IMG/VR virus record: IMGVR_UViG_3300012920_000029
Span: 1 to 64,000 of that record
Strand: one strand, 5' to 3'
DNA from: a virus
DNA length: 64,000 bases
Of the stretch, positions 52,000 through 60,568 are shown piece after piece; position 1 is the stretch's first letter; each line of letters begins with the position of its first letter. The notes beneath the pieces were generated by a model. It made no database searches and had not been told where the DNA came from. It worked only from the letters and a program-made list of their open reading frames with translations. The position numbers were made by a program, and so were the translations under genes.

Positions 52000-52642
52000 C
52001 TATTATGACGACCTTTCCCGAGTTACTATACTCGATAAAACCGAAGAAAAAAGACTACTTATTGCTTACAACGACCCTAGTACTTCTGAAATACAAAAGC
52101 AAAGAATAAAGTGTAAAGTTTTGGAATCTAATCTAAGGCTTGTTTTCGGGATGGCTAAAGGCATGTGGGATAAGAAAGACCCAGATAAGCTTCAAGAACT
52201 TATTGCTAACGGCAACCTTGGTTTAATACAAGCTCTAGATAAATTTGATCCTTCTTATGGCGTTAGGTTTTGCACTTATGCCGGACACTGGGTCTTAATG
52301 AGTATGCGAAAAACCTTCTTAACTGTAGTAAAGACTCCTTTAGATAAGGCTCAACCTATCTATGAGGAAGAAAGCTATGCTCCCGAGGAGCCCTACTTAG
52401 TAAACTACGATCGGGGCATAGAAAATTTACAGCAGACTGCCTATATAGCGTTGTGGCTGAGGTTCCTTACTGACCGGGAAAGATTTATTATAAGGGAGAG
52501 CTTTCTTCGCAAAGATCATACCACTAAAAGCCTTAGGGAGATGGCTTCGGAATTATCTTTAAGTAGCGAACGTGTTAGGCAGCTTAAAGCTAACGCTATT
52601 AACAAGCTCTCTCTGTGGCTTAGTTACCATTACGAATCTTAA
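51977..52642 (+). CDS. Sigma-70-family RNA polymerase sigma factor
   Basis: NLRLV..AK, LI..GN.GLI.A.DKFDP..G.RF.TYA..W, SL.E....L.LS.ERVRQL. Confidence 0.9.
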   Translation: MESDFIDIYYDDLSRVTILDKTEEKRLLIAYNDPSTSEIQKQRIKCKVLESNLRLVFGMAKGMWDKKDPDKLQELIANGNLGLIQALDKFDPSYGVRFCTYAGHWVLMSMRKTFLTVVKTPLDKAQPIYEEESYAPEEPYLVNYDRGIENLQQTAYIALWLRFLTDRERFIIRESFLRKDHTTKSLREMASELSLSSERVRQLKANAINKLSLWLSYHYES

Positions 52643-53766
52643 CTGTCTTCGCTGGCTCCTAGAATAATGTCCTCTAGATTGGTGTTATCATCTGGGCTGA
52701 TGACCCACTGTAGAACTTTGATAGCCACCCCGAGGTCCATAGCTGCATTCACCGAAAGGTCATCTTCTTCATCAGCACTTAGCTCTACACGGGTAGCTGA
52801 GATATCGGAGATAACCTCCAAAATAGCTTCAGCACTACGTACAGGTTTCTTAACCATCTTAGGTTTAGCGGTACTCGCTGTAGGAGTTTTGGGTGATCGT
52901 TTCTTGCGGTCTTGTGCTTTGATGCCTTCCCCACCCGAATCAACCGACTCTTGGTGCTTAGTATCAATGATCTCTTTCACTTCAGCTGTCGAAGGCTTCG
53001 ACTCATCATCGCCTTTAGCTACTTCTAGGATCTCTGCACGAGCAGTGGAATCCTTAACGTTGGAGAGTAGTTTCCCTACGCTAAAACCAATTTCTTGGTT
53101 ATCCACAGCAGCGATAACCTCTGGCATTTCATCTTCTTTAGATAGAAGTGCCAATCTAGCATTGATAGTATTCTCGGCTAGGCCAAATTGCTTACACAAT
53201 TCAGTCATAGGAGTGCCACCTTCAAGCTGAGCTTGGATTTGGCGGGCCATCTCGATAGGAGACCAATTTAGTCTCTGAGTATTACGGATCAAGGCATCTT
53301 GGCCCATTTCCAGCATTACTTGTTTTCTAACATGCTCTCGGCACTCCTCTTGTAGTTCATCACTAGCATCTGCGTTCAGCGAATGCCAATCCCCAAAGAT
53401 CTCTTCTACGATGTTCATCACACTGGGGCGAACTTCACATTTGATCTTTGATAGCGCTTTACCGTTAGCCGTAGATGTCTCTCCATCAGCAATGAGAAGA
53501 GAAACAACGTAGCAACGGCGATTGCCTTCTAGGACCCGATAACCTTCTCCGTCATCGGTCTCCATTACGATAGGTGATTCTAGTACGCCTTTAGCTAAGA
53601 CGCTTTGTTTCATAGAGCTGATTTGAGCGTCATCACCATAGTACTCTCTAGACTGAAGAATATCTGTATCTCCAGGAGATTTAAATGTTAGCTTATCAAA
53701 GTCAATTAGTTTGTAGCTTGAGCGGACAGCTGAGCTATCCACTGTAGGAAAGTTATTGTTCTGCAT
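52639..53766 (-). CDS. ParB/Srx-like protein with HTH
   Basis: SV...GVLE.PIV, VLEGNRR, N.QR.NWSPIE.A; GAGG RBS before MQNNN. Confidence 0.75.
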   Translation of the reverse strand: MQNNNFPTVDSSAVRSSYKLIDFDKLTFKSPGDTDILQSREYYGDDAQISSMKQSVLAKGVLESPIVMETDDGEGYRVLEGNRRCYVVSLLIADGETSTANGKALSKIKCEVRPSVMNIVEEIFGDWHSLNADASDELQEECREHVRKQVMLEMGQDALIRNTQRLNWSPIEMARQIQAQLEGGTPMTELCKQFGLAENTINARLALLSKEDEMPEVIAAVDNQEIGFSVGKLLSNVKDSTARAEILEVAKGDDESKPSTAEVKEIIDTKHQESVDSGGEGIKAQDRKKRSPKTPTASTAKPKMVKKPVRSAEAILEVISDISATRVELSADEEDDLSVNAAMDLGVAIKVLQWVISPDDNTNLEDIILGASEDS

Positions 53767-54511
53767 ATTTACCTCGGCAATTAGCATAATGAGCGCACCA
53801 TTTAGTAGTGCACATCCACGAATCAGGACTAGTCATAGGAAAGTTGCCCCTACTTATATTAGTAGCTACTTCCCCAATTAAGTCTGTAAAATAATCTAGC
53901 TCGCTCTTTGCGAATGAATATCTAGCTACCCCGACCTTAGGTACTTTGGTTTTACATACCGTATCAAACCTAACATCGGAGATGTCTTCTACTATAGCGT
54001 ACATAGCTAACTGCACGCTATTTCTACAATCGGCTTCGGACTTAGATCGTTTAGCAACTTTCAAGTCACAGATCTCCATCCTGCCAGTACTGTTATCTAT
54101 GTAGTCTACATACCCTCTTACAGGTACGTCACCTACTAGACTTTCAAATCCAAACTCGGATTTTACCGGCATAATGGAGTTGCCTACTCCCTTATACCAG
54201 GTTTTATACAAAATTTGTGAGTAAGTAGTCCAGTAGTCTTTGTCTTCACCTTCATAGTCACAGTCTTCTAATAGTTCAGATAAAGAGTCATGATTTAGAA
54301 TGTCCTTCTCTTCCATGAAGATACCATCTAATTGGGACTGTAAATTTAGTTCTACCATCTTGTGGACGGTTGACCCTATACCGAGAGCTACTGATTTAGG
54401 AGACTCGGGTCTTTGATTTAATACGTATTCTAGTTCATACTGTTTTGGGCAGTTTAAGTATTTAAGCACCTGACTTGCAGACAAATAGTCTCTAGGTAAA
54501 TTATAAGCCAT
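53753..54511 (-). CDS. PD-(D/E)XK nuclease
   Basis: LSASQ...CP, G...H, GYVD, DLK, QL..Y, C...WC....C. Confidence 0.8.
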   Translation of the reverse strand: MAYNLPRDYLSASQVLKYLNCPKQYELEYVLNQRPESPKSVALGIGSTVHKMVELNLQSQLDGIFMEEKDILNHDSLSELLEDCDYEGEDKDYWTTYSQILYKTWYKGVGNSIMPVKSEFGFESLVGDVPVRGYVDYIDNSTGRMEICDLKVAKRSKSEADCRNSVQLAMYAIVEDISDVRFDTVCKTKVPKVGVARYSFAKSELDYFTDLIGEVATNISRGNFPMTSPDSWMCTTKWCAHYANCRGKYAEQ

Positions 54512-54520
54512 TAGTCCTCC

Positions 54521-56398
54521 TTAAATTCTACACACGTTCAGCGCAGTTTTAGAAATGTCACTATTACTTACTACACATCCGGTGTCAAAAGGTTTTATAT
54601 TTTTCTCTAAGCAATCTAATACATGAGGGCAAGATACACACTCTACCTGCTTGCTCATTAAAGTGCTTACATTTATCTTACTTTCTAGTAACTTCATAAT
54701 ATTGTGGTTAACACTATTTCTCATAACCACTACTTGTACTAAGAGCTTTTTAAAACCCTTAGCCCGTATACCGTAGTTACGATCTAAGCTTTGTAACCAG
54801 TGATCTAGAGACCAGCTCACTTCGGCATATATCATAGTAGGTGCTTTAAAAGTAACACCTATACCCATAGAAATTTGGGCTACGATAATAGCACTATCGC
54901 TAGTATTAAAGTTATCCTCTACTTCTGAGTGGTTTTTAGTAGTGGAGTCATATCGAAATGTTTTTCCAAGTTTAGAGCATCTGTTAAACAATTCTTGTAT
55001 AACCCACTGGTGCTTACCCCAGACTATTAGTTTCTTAGTACCCGAAGCAAGATGTGATTGGATTAATTCCATTACAGAATCTAGTATAACAGTACTACCA
55101 ACCTCCCCAACAAGTCTACCTGGATCTGATTTTTCAACAGAACACTTTTGTGTGTAGGGTTGAATACCTTTATCAACACATTGTTGTACCAATGGGCAAG
55201 TATCACATATCTCCGGATCTTTCAACGACTTATAACAAAAACCCATACTTAACTGGGCCAATCTAGTCATAGCTGTTAAGTGGTTAGGTGGTACTCCTAG
55301 CGAAACATCGCCCACTTCTAAGCTACTTAGGCAAACTGTAGCATTATACAGCTTCCTAACTTTAGCATCAGGGCTAATTTCTACTATCTGAATAGTGCGG
55401 TCTGGTAAATCTAAGCACTCTTCTGCAGTCTTGCGAAGACTCATAGAAGTGACAAGTTCATTTACCTCATCAATATTCTTCCACCCACTAATAATGTGCT
55501 TATTAAAAGGACTTCTGATAGCGTAACGATTTTGAAACTGCCAAGACCCGGGTACTACAAAGTCTCCTAAAGCCTTTAGCTGCCCCCATAGATGCATAGG
55601 GGAACCTAGTGAAGGAGTGCCGCTTAATAGTAATCTTCTGGTAACCGGTTTGGCCTCTACAAGCTCTAATACTCCCTTAGTTCTTCCTGATTTAGGTGAT
55701 CTTATAGAGTGAGACTCATCTAGTATAATATCTGTATAGGGAACTATTTGTTTTAGTAAGTCTTTGGCTACCCTACAAGTGTCATACGTTACTACTATAC
55801 CACAGGTTTTAGAATCCTTTATAGCAGCGAGTATCTTCTTTTCTCTAGTTTTACCTGTGGCTACTATAGGTTCGAGATTAAATTCACCTTTAGAATGAAA
55901 TTGCATCTCTTTTTTCCAAGTGAACTGGTTTACTTTTAAAGCTACTACTAACCAGAAAGAAGTTGGTCTACGAGACTTTGTATACATAATCAAATCGCAA
56001 CCAATCTTAGTCTTACCTAGACCTGGATCTAGGAATAGTCCAAGTCTGGGCATATGTATAGCTAGTGAAAGACTTTCTATTTGATGCTCGTAAGGTTTAA
56101 TCTTAGGGACAAAGTTATCAGTATCGCCTGACTGAATCTTATCTACATAGCTTTTTAGATCTTTCTCTAACTCTATAACTTTTTGACTGAGTTCAAAGTT
56201 AGCGATGTTATCATATTCTCTAATATCATCTAGTACATACAGTCCAAAAGGTAGGTATCCAGGAGCAAACCAAATGTTTTTCTTGGCATGTTTAGACATG
56301 CCATATATACTCCTGAGGACTGCGACCTCAGCAGGCTTCACATCAGTTACGTAAATAACGGGTAAGCCTGAACTAGCTAATGTTGTATTAACCTTCAT
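54521..56398 (-). CDS. SNF2-family helicase
   Basis: DPGLGKT, LDESH, LSGTP, QSLDRNY. Confidence 0.85.
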   Translation of the reverse strand: MKVNTTLASSGLPVIYVTDVKPAEVAVLRSIYGMSKHAKKNIWFAPGYLPFGLYVLDDIREYDNIANFELSQKVIELEKDLKSYVDKIQSGDTDNFVPKIKPYEHQIESLSLAIHMPRLGLFLDPGLGKTKIGCDLIMYTKSRRPTSFWLVVALKVNQFTWKKEMQFHSKGEFNLEPIVATGKTREKKILAAIKDSKTCGIVVTYDTCRVAKDLLKQIVPYTDIILDESHSIRSPKSGRTKGVLELVEAKPVTRRLLLSGTPSLGSPMHLWGQLKALGDFVVPGSWQFQNRYAIRSPFNKHIISGWKNIDEVNELVTSMSLRKTAEECLDLPDRTIQIVEISPDAKVRKLYNATVCLSSLEVGDVSLGVPPNHLTAMTRLAQLSMGFCYKSLKDPEICDTCPLVQQCVDKGIQPYTQKCSVEKSDPGRLVGEVGSTVILDSVMELIQSHLASGTKKLIVWGKHQWVIQELFNRCSKLGKTFRYDSTTKNHSEVEDNFNTSDSAIIVAQISMGIGVTFKAPTMIYAEVSWSLDHWLQSLDRNYGIRAKGFKKLLVQVVVMRNSVNHNIMKLLESKINVSTLMSKQVECVSCPHVLDCLEKNIKPFDTGCVVSNSDISKTALNVCRI

Positions 56399-56437
56399 AT
56401 TACCTCCAAGGTTTAAAACATAGATGCCAGGGGCGTA

Positions 56438-56465
56438 TACTTATACCACATAACCTTTAATTTTT
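56438..56465 (-). promoter_or_regulatory. Putative phage promoter for the replication operon
   Basis: AAAAAT-N10-GTGGTATAAGTA (extended -10-like) about 40 nt upstream of the helicase ATG. Confidence 0.65.
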
Positions 56466-58205
56466 ATGGAGATTTTTATGCTAGGAGATCTACCCAATAT
56501 GACTTCTCCCGGAAAGGGTGGGACCCACGCAGATCCTATGCGATTATGGGCGCATTCTTTCTCTCCAAGGAATCTAAAACAGCTTTTTAGATGGACTGAA
56601 TACTTATACTATAACTCTGCTCAAATATTTGCAGGGGTTAGAAAGTTTGCAGAATACCCTATAACAGAAGTAGAATACCTCACAGATAGTGATAAGCTTA
56701 CTAGCCTATATAGAAGATTGCTTGAAGAGACTATAGGTATAAAACAAGCTCTAATTAAAAGTTCTATAGATCTGCAGGTTTATGGAAATTCATTTACCTC
56801 AGTACATTTACCTTTTAAAAGAAGCTTAAGATGCTCTAAGTGCTCTTTTACTGAGAAAGCTACTGAAGTAGAGTTTAAGTACAACCCTCATAAAGCGGTA
56901 TTTAAACATACTTGCTCTGATTGTGGTCATGTAGGGGAATCCAAAGTAGTAGATAAATTAGAGTTGTCCCCAGAAAAAATCAACATAGTTAGGTGGGATC
57001 CTAAACTAATTCAAATAAACTATAACACTGTTACTGGAGAAAGTGAGCATTTTCTAAGCGTGCCTAGCAGTATGAAGTCTAAAGTTACTTCTGGAGATAG
57101 GCACTTAATACTAACCCTGCCTATGGCTATTTTAGAAACTATAGCTAACGGTGAATTATTTAAGTTCAATAAGAATGAATTAATGCACTTAAAAGCTCAT
57201 GCTCCCGCTGGTGTGGAAAGTGGTTGGGGATATCCACCACTAGTAGCATGCATGCCTTTATTTTACCATGCTAGCGTACTAAGAAAAGCTAACGAGTCTA
57301 TTGCTTTAGAACGTATAGTGCCTATGAGAGTTATGCATCCTCAAGCTATTAGTGGAAATGCTGACCCTATTCTAAGCTTATCTATGAGTAAGTTTATGGG
57401 AGAAGTGGAAGACAACATTAAAAAATGGCGTAGAGATCCTAACCATATTATGATGAGCCCTGTAGCTATTGGAGTATCTCAAGTAGGTGGGGAAGGTAGG
57501 GCCCTTATGGTGAATGCTGAAATTCAACAAGCTGAAGATAATATTATAAATGCTATGGGATTTCCGAAAGAATTCGTATACGGAGGACTTAGTTACACAG
57601 GTAGTAGCGTTACTTTACGCATGTTAGAAAATCAATTAGAGTCATCCGTATTCCAAATAAATAAGTTGCTCACTTGGCTAACTAATAAGATGGGAGGGTA
57701 TTTAGGCTGGGAAAAATGTAAGGTTAAGTTGGGAGACTTTAGGATGATTGATGATGTACAGCAAAAACAACTTATTATGCAATTATTTCAAATGGGCATG
57801 GTGTCTAAAACAACTATGGCGGAAGCCCATGGTATTAATATACAAGATGAGAGAGATAAAATAAAACATGAAAACCTGACTGATGCTAGATTCCAAAAAG
57901 AGTTAGAACTAGATATGATGGACCTTCAGAAAGATATTAGCCAACAAGCTAGGCAAATGGCAGCTCAGCAACAAGGTGCCGGAGGACTTTCTTATGATCA
58001 GCAGGCTGTAATATCTGAAGCAGAAAACATTGCTATGCAATTATTACAAACAGACCCAAGTACACGAAAATCTCAGTTGTCTAGTTTACAAGCGGAAGAT
58101 TATGTGATGTACTCTGTAGTAATACAGCGTATGGAACAACTGCAGCTAGATCAGAAAAACCAAGCTATGCAACAAGCTATGGGCGGTGGACAACCCCCTA
58201 TGTAG
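56466..58205 (+). CDS. Portal protein (putative) with Zn-ribbon insertion
   Basis: YGNSF.S, GWGYPP, AMGFPKEFVYG and Q-rich C-terminus, as in large-phage portals; CSKC..CSDC. Confidence 0.65.
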   Translation: MEIFMLGDLPNMTSPGKGGTHADPMRLWAHSFSPRNLKQLFRWTEYLYYNSAQIFAGVRKFAEYPITEVEYLTDSDKLTSLYRRLLEETIGIKQALIKSSIDLQVYGNSFTSVHLPFKRSLRCSKCSFTEKATEVEFKYNPHKAVFKHTCSDCGHVGESKVVDKLELSPEKINIVRWDPKLIQINYNTVTGESEHFLSVPSSMKSKVTSGDRHLILTLPMAILETIANGELFKFNKNELMHLKAHAPAGVESGWGYPPLVACMPLFYHASVLRKANESIALERIVPMRVMHPQAISGNADPILSLSMSKFMGEVEDNIKKWRRDPNHIMMSPVAIGVSQVGGEGRALMVNAEIQQAEDNIINAMGFPKEFVYGGLSYTGSSVTLRMLENQLESSVFQINKLLTWLTNKMGGYLGWEKCKVKLGDFRMIDDVQQKQLIMQLFQMGMVSKTTMAEAHGINIQDERDKIKHENLTDARFQKELELDMMDLQKDISQQARQMAAQQQGAGGLSYDQQAVISEAENIAMQLLQTDPSTRKSQLSSLQAEDYVMYSVVIQRMEQLQLDQKNQAMQQAMGGGQPPM

Positions 58206-58212
58206 AGGTATT

Positions 58213-58581
58213 ATGAGTAACGATAACGATTTTATTAGTACAATATCCCAGCTAGCCGGAGATCAAGAAGGTCCTCAGCTTCCAGACCCTTTTCCAAGTA
58301 TACCAAACCCGCCTCCAGGGTTTGACCCAGAAAACTCGCCTATAAGAACCGATTCTCCCAGCCCAGACCCACTTCCCTGGGCTAAAAAAAAGGCGAAGCA
58401 GAAGTACTTGCCTCATGCTAGGGTTTTCTTTATTAGCGATGAAGGTAATCCTGAATATGATAATGTTCTTAGACGCGGTGCTAATGGAGAGATTATCTTA
58501 GCTAAAAAAGAAGTTGCAGATTTAAAGGGCTCTAGCGGTTTCAAGGTATATCTTGAATGGCTAGAACCCTTAGAAAACTAG
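58213..58581 (+). CDS. Hypothetical protein, Pro-rich N-terminus
   Basis: GAGG RBS before ATG 58213. Confidence 0.55.
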   Translation: MSNDNDFISTISQLAGDQEGPQLPDPFPSIPNPPPGFDPENSPIRTDSPSPDPLPWAKKKAKQKYLPHARVFFISDEGNPEYDNVLRRGANGEIILAKKEVADLKGSSGFKVYLEWLEPLEN

Positions 58582-58582
58582 T

Positions 58583-58614
58583 ACTATTTAAGTAGTTGTG
58601 GCTACTTAAATAGT
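58583..58614. terminator. Putative bidirectional terminator hairpin
   Basis: Perfect 13-bp stem ACTATTTAAGTAG/CTACTTAAATAGT between convergent genes. Confidence 0.6.
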
Positions 58615-58645
58615 TTATCTACGATAGAAGACCAATCAAATATCA

Positions 58646-58999
58646 TCATCGTCTTTTTCTTCCTTTCCTACGGTTATACCCATCTCTATTATGTGCCTTT
58701 TGTAGTTTGGATAGAACTAAGGGATCTACCCATCCATGAGCCAGAGATACATAAGGTTTACCTCTACTATGCACCTCCGGCCCTACAATAGATAGTTCAT
58801 CCGGGTCATACCAAGTCTTCCCGACTTTGAAATGCCCGTGTTGACCTATACCTCCCCAAGGCCCTGTTCTAGAACTGCCGTCGCTTTTAACAACTTTAAT
58901 TCTTTCACCCGTCCTCGGGGTTCTACTACCTGTGTATAGATACGCAGCTCCTAGCCCCAAAAAACCGCCAATCAAAAATGCTGTAAAGTAGCACCCCAC
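58646..58999 (-). CDS. Small membrane-anchored hypothetical protein
   Basis: N-terminal hydrophobic helix, basic C-terminus. Confidence 0.5.
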   Translation of the reverse strand: MGCYFTAFLIGGFLGLGAAYLYTGSRTPRTGERIKVVKSDGSSRTGPWGGIGQHGHFKVGKTWYDPDELSIVGPEVHSRGKPYVSLAHGWVDPLVLSKLQKAHNRDGYNRRKGRKRR

Positions 59000-59081
59000 A
59001 GCTATTTCTCTTTTGGTTCTATAAGTATTACTACCAGACCACTCGCAACCTAAGCCTTGAGCGATCTGTACTAGGTTTGGG

Positions 59082-60440
59082 TTAACCCAGACTAGTGTTT
59101 TCGTCTGGGGGTGATAATAATTTGCGGAAATCGTTTACTCCTTCCTGTCCAATCATATCAGCTAGCTGAGGATCACTAACGAACGCTAGCAGTCCTTTTC
59201 TAGTTGGGAAATCATCTAGCCCGGGCAATTCGGGAAGGAATTTTACACTCCCTTCTTCTTCGAAGTACCCCAACCCATCGAATATGGGTTCCAAGGAAAA
59301 TCGATCACCTGTGAATTTATTCACAAGTGCTCTAATCTCTGGTACTGTTGAGGTCTTGATGGATTCACACTCAACCAAGAAATGGCAGATGGGAACATAG
59401 CAATCTTCGCCTACCATCTCAAAGACTTCTAGCTCCGACCCCTCGGCAGGGCCTTCCGGTCGGATCATCTGCAGAAGTTTGGTATCCCACTCCACCATAG
59501 GACCTACCTTTTCTACATAGGTTTCTTGCAGCTGACCCCACGCTGCGGTTAGACTACCTCTAGTGCTAGCCCACTCTGCCTCGGCTTTGGCTTCCGCCTC
59601 TGCCTTAGCTTTAGCTTTAGCAACCTCTACTGGTTTCAATAGCGCCGCTAGCTTAGCCTTTTTGGCCGCTAGCTTAGCCTTTTTGGCCTTAGCTTCCTCT
59701 TCAGCTCTTTTGCGATTTTGAGCCTCTAGACGTTTTTCTTTAGCCTGTTTCTCGGCCTGGCTCTCTTGAGCCTCGATTTCGAGGGGGGTAAGAGCAAGAA
59801 ACTTACTGTATAGCCTACTGGACAAGCCTGTCACGGCTTGCCACAGGGAGCAAGTACCTCTACTTTCTCCCCTCACCATCACGTTTACTAGTCCTGTATC
59901 CAGAATAGTACCTAGAAAAAGAGGAGAATCGATCACCTCTTCAGGGTCGTTACTAGTGGCCTGTAGATGTAGCTTAGTACCTACACCTTCAAGGAAGAGG
60001 GCAGCAGATGCTTGACGAAAAGGCTTAACATGCTTCGCTTCGGTGCGGCGAATACACATCTCAATGATAGGAACCCCTGCCACTGTTTCGGGTACTTGCA
60101 AAGAGGCTGCTTGGGTTTCTCTCAATTTTACTTTGCAGACAAAGTATTCGTCTGCTTTACCACTAGGCTTATGCTTTAGGAAGTCAATAAGGATTCTAGC
60201 TAGTTGCCCTCTATTTGCATGGCCTGAGAGGCCTCTCCCCTCTAGCGTCAGAGACATTCCTTCCATGAAGGTTGGATTGTTTTTGACGAATTTCGCAAAG
60301 GGGTAGAAGGTTTTAGCCTTCTCTCCCTGTACTTTTTTTTTAGTCATCTCTGATCGGAATTTTTTATTTCCGATTTTCAGAGTTTTACTAGCCGCCCCGT
60401 TTTCAGTCTTGGGCGTATTAGACTTCTTTTTTCGTGCCAT
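59082..60440 (-). CDS. Hypothetical (probable early) protein with Ala/Lys-rich repeat linker
   Basis: AAGGAG RBS; AKKAKLAAKKAKLAA repeat. Confidence 0.7.
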   Translation of the reverse strand: MARKKKSNTPKTENGAASKTLKIGNKKFRSEMTKKKVQGEKAKTFYPFAKFVKNNPTFMEGMSLTLEGRGLSGHANRGQLARILIDFLKHKPSGKADEYFVCKVKLRETQAASLQVPETVAGVPIIEMCIRRTEAKHVKPFRQASAALFLEGVGTKLHLQATSNDPEEVIDSPLFLGTILDTGLVNVMVRGESRGTCSLWQAVTGLSSRLYSKFLALTPLEIEAQESQAEKQAKEKRLEAQNRKRAEEEAKAKKAKLAAKKAKLAALLKPVEVAKAKAKAEAEAKAEAEWASTRGSLTAAWGQLQETYVEKVGPMVEWDTKLLQMIRPEGPAEGSELEVFEMVGEDCYVPICHFLVECESIKTSTVPEIRALVNKFTGDRFSLEPIFDGLGYFEEEGSVKFLPELPGLDDFPTRKGLLAFVSDPQLADMIGQEGVNDFRKLLSPPDENTSLG

Positions 60441-60528
60441 AACTATCTCCTTTGTTTGGCCGAGAGGGATTTAACCTCTATTGTCTAGTACCCAAACACT
60501 CCTTTGAAACTAGGGTGTCTGGTGCATA

Positions 60529-60556
60529 TACTTATGACACATATACCTCTGATTTT
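60529..60556 (-). promoter_or_regulatory. Putative phage promoter variant
   Basis: AAAAT-N11-GTGTCATAAGTA upstream of the 452-aa gene. Confidence 0.55.
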
Positions 60557-60568
60557 GTGAGTTTTACT

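Noticed and set aside
50095-54511. Cas4-like nucleases as part of a CRISPR system
   Set aside because: Stand-alone PD-(D/E)XK nucleases inside a replication operon are common in phages, and no cas locus is present
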